From the NCBI GenBank assembly GCA_031403195.1, contig JANNSZ010000007.1, positions 108,238 through 172,237 on the forward strand: 64,000 nucleotides of DNA. Direction: 5' to 3'. Under the pieces are notes generated by a model that made no database searches, was not told where the DNA came from, and saw only the letters and a program-made list of their open reading frames with translations. The position numbers were made by a program, and so were the translations under genes. The DNA comes from Planctomycetota bacterium (lineage in GTDB: Bacteria > Planctomycetota > Planctomycetia > Pirellulales > UBA1268). Numbering within the stretch: position 1 is the first letter of the stretch; every line of letters begins with the position of its first letter. Below are positions 1 to 10,032 of this stretch, piece after piece.

Positions 1-605
1 CCACCCCCCATGCCGCTGGTTCGCATGGCGGTGCGTGGACCCATCGGGCCAGGCTGCCCCATCGGGCGAGCTCTTCCAGCCGCGGCAGGATTCATCCGTC
101 CCGCAGGCTGCGTGGCCTGGGTGAGCTGCACTTGGCTTGGCGTCTCGGCGGCCTTGCTTCCGCCTGCGAAAAACAGCCCAGTCATGGCACTGAACGGATT
201 CGTTGCCGACGGCGCGACTGCCGGGGCCGTGACCCTCGCGGGCTCAGTTGAGGCCGCGGGGGCCTGCATGCCGGCCATATTCCAGGTGGATGAGGGCATG
301 CCGAAACCGGTCTCGGACGGTTGAGATTCGCTCGCATCAATCGCGAGCCGGTTCACCACTCGCTCCACGCCTGGCGTGCCTTCGGCGATGCCGAGCGCGG
401 CGGCAAGCTGCTGCTGGTCAGTGACGCGACCCTCGAGCCACACGGTGCCAGACTTACTCTTCACGTTGACGCGGTAGCCGCTCAGGGCGCCCGAATCACG
501 AAGCTGATTGGCGACGGTTGTCGCGAGATCCTCAGCCAACGCCGGCGTCGCCAGGCAGGCCGAGGCCACAACGGCCATCACGAAGGCGGTTCTCGAAATG
601 GACAT
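1..605 (-). CDS. BON-domain secreted protein, first 201 codons only (gene continues past the left edge)
   Basis: Absent from the ORF track because no stop lies inside the window. Minus-strand ATG at 605..603 with AAGGAG 7 nt upstream. Translation starts MSISRTAFVMAVVASACLATPALA (signal peptide). It continues DLATTVANQLRDSGALSGYRVNVKSKSGTVWLEGRVTDQQQLAAALGIAEGTPGVERVVNRLAI (BON-domain pattern), then a Pro/Gly/Met/Ala-rich low-complexity region down to position 1. Confidence 0.6.
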   Translation of the reverse strand, partial: MSISRTAFVMAVVASACLATPALAEDLATTVANQLRDSGALSGYRVNVKSKSGTVWLEGRVTDQQQLAAALGIAEGTPGVERVVNRLAIDASESQPSETGFGMPSSTWNMAGMQAPAASTEPARVTAPAVAPSATNPFSAMTGLFFAGGSKAAETPSQVQLTQATQPAGRMNPAAAGRARPMGQPGPMGPRTAMRTSGMGG

Positions 606-825
606 GCCTGACTCCTTGAGTTCGATCGCGTGATTCGACCAGGCCCCGCCATGGGGCTCCGCCCGTACGGGCTGCTGGTGGACCGGCATGCCTTCAACCC
701 CGGAGTTGGCAACGCCGATCCAGCCTTGTCATCGGCCGCTGGTCGTGCCGGAGGGGAGTTTTTTTCCGGTTCTTCCGGGGATCGTGACCGTGCCGGCAAC
801 CCGGGAAGTTTGGGCTGTCTGGCCG

Positions 826-1101
826 TCACCGAGCTGGCGAGAAGTCGGCAACGGTGATGAGCGTCATGAGCGCGAGGGTGGCAGCACAGGCGGCGGCCGA
901 GTCTGGGCCGCATTGGATCGCCATCCCGCACACGCACCCCATCACGGCGAGTGCGAATAGGCAGAGCCATTGCCCGCCTGCCTGGTGGCGCGTGCCCTCA
1001 CTGAGCCGCGCGAGGCCCGCAGCCAACACCCCCAAAACCTGCACAGCGCCAAGCGCACAAAAAACGGGACTCACGGCAACAGCCAGCGGAAGCATGGGCA
1101 C
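826..1101 (-). CDS. small hydrophobic protein (about 3 TM), hypothetical
   Basis: 91-codon ORF (GTG at 1101, or ATG at 1095 with GAGGA 9 nt upstream). Hydrophobic stretches LPLAVAVSPVFCALGAVQVLGVLAAGLA and WLCLFALAVMGCVCGMAI. Same strand as the BON gene and just upstream of it. No family recognised; could be a GC-driven ORF. Confidence 0.3.
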   Translation of the reverse strand: MPMLPLAVAVSPVFCALGAVQVLGVLAAGLARLSEGTRHQAGGQWLCLFALAVMGCVCGMAIQCGPDSAAACAATLALMTLITVADFSPAR

Positions 1102-1227
1102 GAGTCCTCTGGGGGGAAACAGTCGAGCGGCAGATGGGACAACACTTAGCGGGCGGCCAGCCTCGTTGCAAAGCCAACCGTTGTCATTGGGGTCTTCCCA
1201 ATCTGCCCCGTTGCCCGCAGGCTCGCT

Positions 1228-3147
1228 TTACTTGGGGTCGAGGAGACCGCCGAGCTTCCGCTCGAGTTCGGTGATCGACACATTGCGATCCACCACGTTC
1301 CCCTCAGCGTCCACGAGCATCATCGTGGGCAGCGCCATGATGCCCAGCGATTCAGCGAGGCGACTATCGAGCCCGCCCTGCTCGTAGATCTGAGGCCACG
1401 CGAGGGGCTTCTCGCGAAGGAACGCAACGAGGCGATTCCGATCCGTGTCGAGCGCGACACCCACGCAGGCAAACTTTTTTGGGCCGTACTTGGCGTGGAG
1501 TTCGCGGATCTGCGCCAGATCCACCTTGCAAGGCTCACAGTCGGTGGACCAAAAGTGAATCAGCACCGGTCCGCCGGTGAGCCTCGCGATCGACACGGGC
1601 TTGCCATCGACAGATCGACCCTCGAGGTCGAGGGGCTTGCCGATACTCTCGAGCCGCCGCACGGCACCGGCCGCCTTGCGGGCGTTCGGGGTGTCAGGAA
1701 AAGCGTCCGTGATCGCTGTATAGCGGCTGATCGCTTCGTCGCTACGGCCGCTAAACTCATCCCGGAAAGCGAGTTGGAGCATCGCCTCCGATGCTTCGGA
1801 GGCACGTGGGTGCGCCTCCACAAACTTCGTCAGGTCCGCGAACCATGCCTCCTGGAGCTTCTCGAAATTCGCGGCCGGCTCATCCATCCCAGCCGCATAG
1901 CGAGCCTGGATGACGCGGAAGGCAACGAAGGCGGCAAGCGAGTCGTCGTCACCCGCTTCGGCCCCGAGGCGTTCGAGCTGCGCAAGTCCATCAGGCATCA
2001 GCCCCTCCTGAACATACGCCGCGACCGTTTCCACGAGCTGCCGCTTCCAGAAATCTTGATCGGCACCGGCGGTTCCCGCCACCACTTGCTCCAGGAGCGG
2101 CACGTGCTGCGCGACAAGCACGCGACGTCCGGCCTCATCGGCTGATGCAATGGCTCCATCGAGCTCGGCCAGTTTTGTCAGGAGAGGACGGAGTTTTTCG
2201 TCGGCCGATGCGAGGGACGGTCCCGCCGATGTTCCACCGAGCATGGGAGTGAAAAATGCGGGCATGTCGGCCAAGCGGCCGTCGTCGCCCGCAAGCTGGG
2301 GCGCGTCGATCGGCCGCCAGGCGTTGCCGCAGCGGACGAGCGACCCGACAACAATTTGCACCCCCGCACCACCATCCTCGGCTAAGACGACGACGTTGTC
2401 GTATGCGATGACATCGCGGTCGACGCCAGGTGAGCCTGCGGGCAAGACGCCTGGTGCCTGGGGCACGAGCATGCTCGCCCACGAGGCATGAACGCCAATC
2501 TTTTTCTGCGTGGCAGCGAGCTTGGCGAATTGCTCGCGGGCGGCTGTGGTGCGGGCCACGAGGTCCGAGAGTCGTTCTCCGGAAAACCCAGCCGCTTCAA
2601 GGTCTTCGCGCGTTGGCAGGATGCGGACGAATGCAGCGGGATCACGGTCTCGGAGCGCATGAATTGTTTCGGCCGTGGACTCCTCGGCGGAGATCGATTT
2701 CCACGTGTCGATGGCCCCATCGCCATCGCGGTCAATGCCCCATCGGCTCCCACCCGCGTTCAGCCAGCGTGCCTCGTTTGCCTTGGTGTCCTTGGTGTTC
2801 GTGGCCATTTCCCGGAAGACCTCGACGCCGTCCTTAAAGAAGCTCCAGCGATCAACGACGCGGTCGCCGTTCGTGTCCGCGAAGGAGCGGAGGATGCGGC
2901 CGTCGGGCCGGCGGACCACGAGCGCATCGACCCCGTCGAGCTTCTCCTGCTTGATCGAGGCGCCCTCCAGTTCGTCAGCCTGCGGGCGGTCGAAGGCAAC
3001 GCCCTTGTGTCGCGGCTCAAGCTTGAGGGCGTCCTCGACTGAAGGCGGGGCCGCTGGAGCCGTGGCGACCGCGAGCAGCGTGAGGCTGCAGACGGCACTT
3101 CCGAGGCCGCAACGGCGAACGATGGTCGACAGCGAATCGGCGGGCAT
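1228..3147 (-). CDS. secreted multidomain thiol-disulfide oxidoreductase (TlpA/ResA-like thioredoxin domain at C-terminus)
   Basis: 639 aa, ATG at 3147. Has an N-terminal signal-like segment and two DxDxDG-like loops (TNGDRVVDRW, DRDGDGAIDTW), then a helical middle region. The C-terminus carries LIHFWSTDCEPCK (CxxC) and MALPTMMLVDAEGNVV, typical of the TlpA/redoxin fold. Confidence 0.8.
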   Translation of the reverse strand: MPADSLSTIVRRCGLGSAVCSLTLLAVATAPAAPPSVEDALKLEPRHKGVAFDRPQADELEGASIKQEKLDGVDALVVRRPDGRILRSFADTNGDRVVDRWSFFKDGVEVFREMATNTKDTKANEARWLNAGGSRWGIDRDGDGAIDTWKSISAEESTAETIHALRDRDPAAFVRILPTREDLEAAGFSGERLSDLVARTTAAREQFAKLAATQKKIGVHASWASMLVPQAPGVLPAGSPGVDRDVIAYDNVVVLAEDGGAGVQIVVGSLVRCGNAWRPIDAPQLAGDDGRLADMPAFFTPMLGGTSAGPSLASADEKLRPLLTKLAELDGAIASADEAGRRVLVAQHVPLLEQVVAGTAGADQDFWKRQLVETVAAYVQEGLMPDGLAQLERLGAEAGDDDSLAAFVAFRVIQARYAAGMDEPAANFEKLQEAWFADLTKFVEAHPRASEASEAMLQLAFRDEFSGRSDEAISRYTAITDAFPDTPNARKAAGAVRRLESIGKPLDLEGRSVDGKPVSIARLTGGPVLIHFWSTDCEPCKVDLAQIRELHAKYGPKKFACVGVALDTDRNRLVAFLREKPLAWPQIYEQGGLDSRLAESLGIMALPTMMLVDAEGNVVDRNVSITELERKLGGLLDPK

Positions 3148-3293
3148 GGACGCAGGCTCCTGGGCGGCGGACGGCAGATAGAACTGAGTCCATCAACTTA
3201 GCCAGAACGCCGTGTGGCGCCAGCGCCGATCACTCCCAATGGAGCCATAACCGGGCTGGAGGCGGTGTTTCATTCGATGCCGCGGAGCGCCCT

Positions 3294-3322
3294 TTGAAGC
3301 CATCTCAGCCGCTGCCTACACT
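3294..3322 (+). promoter_or_regulatory. candidate sigma70-type promoter for the tRNA-Ile/tRNA-Ala(/typA) transcript
   Basis: TTGAAG (3294..3299), 17-nt spacer, TACACT (3317..3322), about 27 nt upstream of the tRNA-Ile 5' end. Sequence match only; promoter rules for this phylum are poorly known. Confidence 0.3.
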
Positions 3323-3349
3323 ACGGAATCGCGTTGGAATCGATTCTCC

Positions 3350-3423
3350 GCGCGCGTAGCTCAGCTGGTTAGAGCGCTACCCTGATAAGGTAGAGGTCCC
3401 AAGTTCGAATCTTGGCGCGCGCA
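3350..3423 (+). tRNA. tRNA-Ile (anticodon GAT)
   Basis: Hand-folded cloverleaf of 74 nt. Acceptor GCGCGCG/CGCGCGC, D arm GCTC-AGCTGGTTA-GAGC, anticodon arm CTACC-CTGATAA-GGTAG, T arm CCAAG-TTCGAAT-CTTGG, discriminator A. CCA is not encoded. Confidence 0.95.
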
Positions 3424-3557
3424 TTCTGATGGCCGCGGTCCCGGCCGCGGCACTTGGGTTATGGGAGTGCGTTCCGGTCCAAGGTCACTGGCTGGGTCCG
3501 TGGGCCCAGTCTCGGAAGTCGGTGCCAAAATCTGTCGAGCGGCCGCAGTTTATGTGT

Positions 3558-3631
<74 letters not shown>

Positions 3632-3688
3632 TTTCGTTTTATCCCCTCCCGCCCTTGTGCCGCTCGCCCCGCGCGGCGGTCCCCTCCT

Positions 3689-5545
3689 ATGGCTTCAGCG
3701 CCCTCCGTGCCGACTCCCGCCCCTTCCGTCGTCCGCCGAGCCGACATCCGTAACGTCGCGATCATCGCTCACGTCGACCACGGCAAGACGACGCTCGTGG
3801 ACTGCCTCCTCCGTCAGAGCGGCCAATACCGCGAAAGCCAGCTCTCGGGCGAGCGGATTCTCGACTCCAATGATCTCGAGCGAGAGCGGGGGATCACGAT
3901 CCTCGCCAAAAACATCGCCATCGAGTGGCAAGGCACGAAAATCAACCTCATTGATACGCCCGGCCACGCCGACTTTGGTGGCGAAGTGGAACGAGTACTT
4001 CGGATGGCCGATGGCGCGCTCGTTCTCGTCGATGCTGCTGAGGGGCCGATGCCTCAGACGCGGTTTGTGCTCTCCAAGGCGCTCGAATGCCGGCTTCGCC
4101 CCGTGGTCGTGGTCAACAAGATTGACCGCCCCGATGCCCGTCCCCTGGAAGTGCTCGACGAGATCCTGGGACTGTTTCTTGAACTCGGTGCCGACGACGA
4201 CCTGGCCGACTTCCCGTTTGTGTATGCCTCGAGCCGGGAAGGTTTTGCAAGCCATGACCCGGCCGTGCGCGAGGGCACGATGGAACCGCTGCTCAAACTC
4301 ATTCTCCAGAAGATTCCCGGCCCGGCCATTGACGAGGCGGCGCCGCTGCGGATGCTCGTCACCACGCTCGACTGGTCGGACTATGTCGGCAGGATTGCCA
4401 TCGGGCGGATCGAATCGGGCGTGCTTCGGAAGGCAGGCGGGATCGTTCGCTCAACTGCGGGTGGAGGGCTTGCCCCCGCGAAGGCCGTCACCGTGCAGGT
4501 GTTTGACAAGCTTGGCCGCGTTGACGTCGAAGAGGTGACCGCCGGCGATATCGCTGCCGTGAGCGGCATCGAGGATGTCGAGATCGGCGACACCATTTGT
4601 GATCCAGCCGATCCCCGGCCGTTACCGCGGCTCGCCGTGGACGAACCGACCCTCTCGATGGTGTTCGGAATCAACACATCGCCCTTGGCAGGGCGCTCCG
4701 GGAAGTTTCTCACGACCCGGCATCTCCGCGACCGTTTGGCGAAGGAACTCGAGAAGAACGTCGCGCTTCGCGTTGAGCCGATTGCGGGCACCGAGCAGTT
4801 TGCCGTGGCGGGCCGTGGCCTGCTCCACCTCTCGGTGCTCATCGAAACGATGCGTCGAGAAGGCTTTGAGATTTCGGTCGGGAAGCCGCGGGTGATCCTT
4901 CATAAGGAAGATGGCAAAACGCTCGAGCCTTTCGAGACGCTTGTTGTCGAAGTGCCCCATGACAAGTTTGGCCCAGTGATGGAGCTTGTGGGAGGCCGCC
5001 GAGGGCAACTCTCGCACATGGGCAATCGCGGCGAATTCGCCCATGCCGTCTTCTCGATTCCGGCTCGTGGCCTCATTGGCCTGCGAACGCGTGTGCTCAA
5101 TGCCACGCAGGGCACGGCGATCATGCACCATCGCTTCGAGGCGTGGCGGGAGATGGAGGGCGACGTGCCCGGCCGTGCCAACGGCGTGCTGGTGTCCATG
5201 TTGCCGGGCAAGGCAGTGGCCTTCGGGCTCGATGGCCTTCAGGAACGGGCGGATCTCTTCATCGATCCGGGCGACGAGGTCTACGAGGGAATGATCGTGG
5301 GTGAGAATGCCCGCAATGACGACATGACGGTCAATCCCACGAAGGAAAAGAAGCTCACCAACATGCGGGCCAGTGGCAGTGACCGAAACATCCTGCTGAA
5401 GCCGCCGCGTCGGATGTCGCTCGAGGAGTCGCTCGAGTACATCGAAGACGACGAGCTTGTCGAAGTGACGCCAGCCGTCATCCGCCTCCGGAAGATCCTG
5501 CTGGCTGAGCACGAGCGGCGAAAGCAGGCCCGGGCAAAGGGTTGA
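3689..5545 (+). CDS. typA: translational GTPase TypA/BipA
   Basis: [20 protein letters not shown]1 motif, [14 protein letters not shown], and EF-G-like domains through to the C-terminus. The track start at 3605 overlaps tRNA-Ala, so the internal ATG at 3689 (MASAPSV...) is used. Confidence 0.95.
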   Translation: MASAPSVPTPAPSVVRRADIRNVAIIAHVDHGKTTLVDCLLRQSGQYRESQLSGERILDSNDLERERGITILAKNIAIEWQGTKINLIDTPGHADFGGEVERVLRMADGALVLVDAAEGPMPQTRFVLSKALECRLRPVVVVNKIDRPDARPLEVLDEILGLFLELGADDDLADFPFVYASSREGFASHDPAVREGTMEPLLKLILQKIPGPAIDEAAPLRMLVTTLDWSDYVGRIAIGRIESGVLRKAGGIVRSTAGGGLAPAKAVTVQVFDKLGRVDVEEVTAGDIAAVSGIEDVEIGDTICDPADPRPLPRLAVDEPTLSMVFGINTSPLAGRSGKFLTTRHLRDRLAKELEKNVALRVEPIAGTEQFAVAGRGLLHLSVLIETMRREGFEISVGKPRVILHKEDGKTLEPFETLVVEVPHDKFGPVMELVGGRRGQLSHMGNRGEFAHAVFSIPARGLIGLRTRVLNATQGTAIMHHRFEAWREMEGDVPGRANGVLVSMLPGKAVAFGLDGLQERADLFIDPGDEVYEGMIVGENARNDDMTVNPTKEKKLTNMRASGSDRNILLKPPRRMSLEESLEYIEDDELVEVTPAVIRLRKILLAEHERRKQARAKG

Positions 5546-5715
5546 CGCCAGGGGTAATTTCTGGAAAGCCGCTATTTCCGGCTCCCGGTGTGGACGCAAA
5601 GCCGTTGAGCCGATACTGTAATGGTTCGCGCCTTGAGGGCTCGGCCGCTAGCAGGCCGTGGTCCCCGGCGAGTCATTTTCAAACCACTGATCCCATCGAG
5701 CGTTTCGGAGACTGC

Positions 5716-5910
5716 ATGGTCAAGCTGACGGTACGGGAACGGGAGAGCATCCAGGAGGCGGTCCGCCGCTTCCGGAAACTCGTTGAGCGGAGTGGCATCA
5801 AGAAAGAGATGCGCAAGCGGGAGTTCTTCGAGAAGCCAAGTGAGACAAAGCGTCGCGCCCGCCTCCGCGCCGAACGCCGCACGAAGCGAAACCGCCTCTT
5901 GGGCGTGTGA
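5716..5910 (+). CDS. rpsU: 30S ribosomal protein S21
   Basis: [55 protein letters not shown], 64 aa, is the S21 signature. The track ORF begins further upstream (5542), but homology begins at ATG 5716. Confidence 0.9.
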   Translation: MVKLTVRERESIQEAVRRFRKLVERSGIKKEMRKREFFEKPSETKRRARLRAERRTKRNRLLGV

Positions 5911-5916
5911 CCGCTC

Positions 5917-6867
5917 CTAACGCCAATCGAGCGCGACATCCAGCCATGGCGCATCGTGCGTCGGCCAGCCGGTGCTGACCCGGTCCACGCCTGTGCGAGC
6001 GATGGCTTCGGCCGTGTCTGGGCGGATTCCGCCCGATGCCTCCAAGATCACGCCGACCGCTGTGCGGTCGCGCACGGCCACGCACGCTGAGAGCTCGGGA
6101 ATCGCCATGTTGTCAAGCAGGACAATGTCTGGCCTGGCGTCCAGCACGGCGCCAAGTTGATTGATCGAGTCGACTTCAATCTCCACCACCATGGAGGCAG
6201 CCCGCTCCGGTGGAAAGGCCTTGGCGAGAAACTCGCGAGCCCTTCGAACCGCGTCTGCCGGCTTGACACCTTCGGCGGCAATCGCTGCGAGGTGGTTGTC
6301 TTTGATGAGCACAGCGTCATACAGGCCAAGCCGGTGGTTCCAGCCCCCGCCCATCCGTGTGGCGTACTTGTCGAGCAGACGCCAGCCGGGCACGGTCTTG
6401 CGTGTGTCGTACACGCGACAGCCCGTGCCGGCCACGGCGTCGACCAGTTGCCGAGTGGCCGTCGCGATGCCGGAGAGTCGGCCCATGAGATTGAGGACGA
6501 CGCGTTCGGCCGTGAGCACGCTGCGGGTGAGGCCGGTGAGCGTGGCGACTGGCTGACCGGCAGTGACGACCGTGCCGTCGGCGATCAGTGGCTCCAGGCG
6601 AAGGCCGGGGTCGGCGACCGTCGCAGCGACAGCCGCCGCCGGCAGTCCGGCGATGACCCCCGCCCGCCGTGCCACGACCATGAGGCTGCTCGTGGCATCG
6701 GTTGACACCAGGCACACGCTCGTCCAGTCGCACTCGTGGCCAAGGTCTTCGAGAAGCCAGCCCCGCGCGAGCGAGGTGACATGCCGAGCGAGGGAGACGT
6801 CCCACGCGAGTTGGCGAAACCCGGGCCCGGAGCTGGAATCGCGATGGTCCTGGGGGAATGCGGCCAT
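5917..6867 (-). CDS. nadC: nicotinate-nucleotide pyrophosphorylase (quinolinate phosphoribosyltransferase)
   Basis: TAERVVLNLMGRLSGIATAT, YDTRKTVPGWRLLDKYATRMGGGWNHRLGLYDAVLIKDNH and LLDNM...LEASGGI are NadC motifs. The first codon at 6870 is TTG; the ATG is at 6867. Confidence 0.9.
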   Translation of the reverse strand: MAAFPQDHRDSSSGPGFRQLAWDVSLARHVTSLARGWLLEDLGHECDWTSVCLVSTDATSSLMVVARRAGVIAGLPAAAVAATVADPGLRLEPLIADGTVVTAGQPVATLTGLTRSVLTAERVVLNLMGRLSGIATATRQLVDAVAGTGCRVYDTRKTVPGWRLLDKYATRMGGGWNHRLGLYDAVLIKDNHLAAIAAEGVKPADAVRRAREFLAKAFPPERAASMVVEIEVDSINQLGAVLDARPDIVLLDNMAIPELSACVAVRDRTAVGVILEASGGIRPDTAEAIARTGVDRVSTGWPTHDAPWLDVALDWR

Positions 6868-6965
6868 CAAGTGGGGCTCCAGGGACGGCTGGCGACGAAG
6901 GTGTTGGGGAGGCGTATCCTATGCAAGGTGTCGCCATACCGCCCACACCCCGCCAATCGGCCGTG

Positions 6966-7349
6966 ATGACTCAGTCGGACTCCCCTCACTCGCTCCTCCC
7001 CGCTCGGAGCCAGCCGCTCATCGCCACTCTCGTCGTGCTGGGGCTGGTCACCAGCGGCGGCGTGTACGTTGCTTCAGGAGGGTTTCGCGGCGGCCTCGTC
7101 GACGCCGATACGCCGCCGCCGATCACGAAGACCTTCACCGTCAACATCAATGCGGCCACCACCGCCGAGTTCTCTCAACTGCCAGGACTCGGGGCCATCA
7201 CGGCTCAGAAGATCGTGGAGTATCGCCGCGACCACGGGCCGTTCACGAGTCACGAAGACCTGCTCGACGTACCTGGCGTGGGGCCGGTCACGCTCGATGC
7301 CTTGCGGCCGCATCTCAGGCCGATCCGAAAGCGGCGTGAGACACCATGA
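6966..7349 (+). CDS. ComEA-like helix-hairpin-helix DNA-binding protein, membrane anchored
   Basis: TM segment LIATLVVLGLVTSGGVYV, then INAATTAEFSQLPGLGAITAQKIVEYRRDHGPFTSHEDLLDVPGVGPVTLDAL (tandem HhH, ComEA C-terminal type). ATG 6966 is chosen to avoid overlap with nadC; the track ORF starts at 6858. The stop overlaps the uvrB ATG (ATGA). Confidence 0.7.
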   Translation: MTQSDSPHSLLPARSQPLIATLVVLGLVTSGGVYVASGGFRGGLVDADTPPPITKTFTVNINAATTAEFSQLPGLGAITAQKIVEYRRDHGPFTSHEDLLDVPGVGPVTLDALRPHLRPIRKRRETP

Positions 7350-9412
7350 CGACGACGGCGCTCCAGCCTGGCGTCTTCGAGCTTGTGGCCCCGTATGAGC
7401 CGGCCGGGGATCAGCCTGCCGCGATCGATTCGCTGGTACGGGGCGTGTCCGAAGGGCGGGCTTCGCAGGTGCTCATGGGCGTGACTGGCTCGGGCAAGAC
7501 CTTCACGATGGCCAACGTGATCGCTCATGTGGGCCGCCCGACACTCGTTCTGTCGCACAACAAAACCCTCGCGGCCCAGCTCTATGCGGAGTTTCGGGAT
7601 TTTTTTCCGCACAACGCCGTTCATTATTTCGTCAGCTATTACGACTACTACCAGCCTGAGGCCTACATCCCGCAGCGCGACATCTACATCGAAAAGGATG
7701 CCGCAATCAACAAGGAGATCGATCGGCTCCGGCTGGCAGCCACCAGTGCCCTGGTGAGCCGCCAGGATGTGGTCGTGGTCGCAAGTGTTTCGTGTATCTA
7801 CGGGCTTGGTTCGCCCGATGACTACCGAGCGATGGTCATTCGCTTGGCCTCCGGCATGCCACTGTCGCGCGATGCGCTCCTCGAAAAGTTCGTCTCCATT
7901 CATTATGAGCGGGGTGACATGGCCCTCGAGCGCGGCCGGTTTCGCGTCCGGGGCGACTCCATCGACATCTGGCCTCCGTATGACGAGCTGGCCGTGAGAG
8001 TCGAGTTCTGGGGCGATGCTATCGATTCGATCTCGATCATCCATCCCACGAGCGGCGAGGTGGCAAGCCGCAAGGATGAGGTGTATTTCTACCCGGCGAG
8101 GCACTTCGTCATGCCCGAGGACCGCGTCCGCGCGGCGGTGGGAACGATTCGTACGGAGCTCGATGAGCGGCTTGAAGAACTCAAGAGCCAGGGCAAGCTC
8201 CTCGAGGCGCAACGGCTCAATGCCAGGACACGATTCGATATTGAAATGCTGCTCGAGGCAGGTTTCTGCCCCGGTATCGAGAACTACTCCCGGCCGCTCT
8301 CCGGCCGAGTGGCCGGGAGCACGCCGACGACTCTATTCGATTATTTCCCAGACGATTTTCTATTCTTCGTCGATGAGTCGCACGTCACGGTGCCGCAGGT
8401 CCGCGGCATGTATGCAGGCGACCGAAGCCGAAAGCTGACGCTCGTCGACCACGGCTTCCGGCTCCCGAGCGCCCTCGACAACCGTCCCCTCACGTTCGAC
8501 GAGTGGGAGAAGCGACTGTCGCAAACGGTTTTTGTGTCGGCGACTCCGGGGCCGTGGGAGTTGGCTCGCACCGGCGGTGAAGTGGTGGAGCAGGTGATTC
8601 GTCCCACAGGCCTCCTCGACCCTGTGATCGAGATCGTGCCAGCGAAACAGCAGGTGGTGCACCTCGCTGGAGAAATCAACAAGGTGGTGGCATCAGGCCA
8701 GCGGGTGCTTGTGACCACGCTCACGAAGAAGCATGCGGAGGACCTCACGGCCTACTTTCAGGAGCGAAAAGTTCGCTGCCGCTGGCTTCACAGTGAGCTC
8801 GATGCCTTCGAACGGGTCGAGCTTCTCCACGACCTGCGAGCTGGAAAATTTGACGTGCTCGTCGGTGTGAATCTGCTTCGCGAGGGGCTCGATCTGCCGG
8901 AGGTGTCGCTCGTCGCGATCCTCGATGCCGACAAGGAAGGGTTTTTGCGAAGCGAGACATCGCTCATGCAGACGATCGGGCGCTCGGCTCGGAATGTCGA
9001 CGCCCGTGTGATCCTCTATGCCGATACCGTCACCGAGTCGATGCGGCAGGCCGTCGATGAGACCCGCCGCCGCCGTGCACTTCAGGAGGATTACAACCGC
9101 GAGCACGGGATCACCCCCGAGACGATCCGCAAGGAACTCCGCGCCGGGATCGAAGCGGAGGCAGCCTCGCGGGCAATCGCCTTTGAGGCTGTGGGCCAGG
9201 GGGACGACGATCGTCAACGGCAGGAGGAGCTCCTCGAACAGCTCGAGTCGGACATGATGGAGGCCGCCGCTGCGCTCGATTTCGAGCGTGCCGCACGAAT
9301 CAGGGACGAGATTGCTGCCCTTCGCGAGGGGCGTGGGCGAGACGGTCAGCGAGGGCGCGGCCGTCGGGGTGGCGGCGGTCCCGGGCGAATCCCTCGCCCC
9401 AAGCAGATGTGA
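7346..9412 (+). CDS. uvrB: excinuclease ABC subunit B
   Basis: GVTGSGKTFTMANVI Walker A, helicase motifs throughout, and a C-terminal UVR motif LDFERAARIRDEIAALR. 688 aa. Confidence 0.97.
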   Translation: MTTTALQPGVFELVAPYEPAGDQPAAIDSLVRGVSEGRASQVLMGVTGSGKTFTMANVIAHVGRPTLVLSHNKTLAAQLYAEFRDFFPHNAVHYFVSYYDYYQPEAYIPQRDIYIEKDAAINKEIDRLRLAATSALVSRQDVVVVASVSCIYGLGSPDDYRAMVIRLASGMPLSRDALLEKFVSIHYERGDMALERGRFRVRGDSIDIWPPYDELAVRVEFWGDAIDSISIIHPTSGEVASRKDEVYFYPARHFVMPEDRVRAAVGTIRTELDERLEELKSQGKLLEAQRLNARTRFDIEMLLEAGFCPGIENYSRPLSGRVAGSTPTTLFDYFPDDFLFFVDESHVTVPQVRGMYAGDRSRKLTLVDHGFRLPSALDNRPLTFDEWEKRLSQTVFVSATPGPWELARTGGEVVEQVIRPTGLLDPVIEIVPAKQQVVHLAGEINKVVASGQRVLVTTLTKKHAEDLTAYFQERKVRCRWLHSELDAFERVELLHDLRAGKFDVLVGVNLLREGLDLPEVSLVAILDADKEGFLRSETSLMQTIGRSARNVDARVILYADTVTESMRQAVDETRRRRALQEDYNREHGITPETIRKELRAGIEAEAASRAIAFEAVGQGDDDRQRQEELLEQLESDMMEAAAALDFERAARIRDEIAALREGRGRDGQRGRGRRGGGGPGRIPRPKQM

Positions 9413-9663
9413 CGGGGCCTTCTGAACGAAGAAGACGTCCGCCGCCTTCTTGAGATCCAGGACCGCGAGCGGCAACTCATCGCCTACGATGTTCACGACG
9501 GCCACGGTTTTGATCCCGCGCGCGTTTCGGAAGACCGCTTTGGACTAGAGGGCATTCGTCGGCGGGCACGGCTCTTGGGTGGCGAGGCGTGGGTCGAGTC
9601 GGAGCAGGGGCGAGGCACGGCGAATGACGTCGTCTTGCCTGCATCACCTGATTCGCAGAGTTG
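9413..9663 (+). pseudogene. relic of a HisKA_3 (NarX/DesK-type) sensor histidine kinase, with N-terminal truncation and an internal deletion
   Basis: Open frame with no ATG, contiguous with the uvrB stop and in the same frame. Translation: RGLLNEEDVRRLLEIQDRERQLIAYDVHDGHGFDPARVSEDRFGLEGIRRRARLLGGEAWVESEQGRGTANDVVLPASPDSQS*. ERQLIAYDVHDG matches the H-box (ERxRIARDLHD). GHGFDP...GLEGIRRRARLLGG...GRGT...LP matches the G1-to-G2 end of HATPase_c. The N-box and about 100 aa in between are missing. Confidence 0.5.
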
Positions 9664-9669
9664 ATTGGA

Positions 9670-9906
9670 TCAGCCTGCCTTTTGCATCGACTCGAGCGAA
9701 CGGCCGAGCCGGCGGCGTCCCTTACCCTCGGTCGACTCGATGATGGTCGGATCACTCTTCACCGCAAGACGGTCGCGGAGTGACTGGGCAAGCGTGGCCC
9801 CAAAATCCTCCTCGCGGCTTCGGTTTCCGATGTCCTCGACGGCGTCTACAAAGCCGAGCACCACGGCTTCACGAACACCTTCACGCACCCAGTGAAAAAA
9901 GCCCAT
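9670..9906 (-). CDS. hypothetical small soluble protein (78 aa)
   Basis: ATG at 9906 with GGGAGGG 6 nt upstream (the track ORF starts at 9933). MGFFHWVREGVREAVVLGFVDAVEDIGNRSREEDFGATLAQSLRDRLAVKSDP... has no recognisable family. Lies 100 nt downstream of the FHA-GAF-PP2C gene on the same strand. Confidence 0.35.
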   Translation of the reverse strand: MGFFHWVREGVREAVVLGFVDAVEDIGNRSREEDFGATLAQSLRDRLAVKSDPTIIESTEGKGRRRLGRSLESMQKAG

Positions 9907-10032
9907 TGCCGTCCCTCCCAGTCGTGCACCCATTCGTGCCGGCGCGTGCCGACCCGCTGGAAGTGATATCGGCTGGGCAGGCCGCGGCCTACACGCCAGT
10001 GATTGCTGGACGGGCCCCGGATTCTGGGAAGG

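Noticed and set aside
578-970. 130-aa minus-strand ORF and overlapping plus-strand ORFs at 630..960
   Set aside because: They overlap the promoter and start region of the BON gene in other frames. Their composition is Arg/Pro-rich and low-complexity, with no SD.
4622-8212. Minus-strand ORFs 4622..5599 and 7250..8212, and similarly 60797..61717
   Set aside because: They are antisense to typA, uvrB and the vWA anti-sigma gene respectively, and have no motifs.
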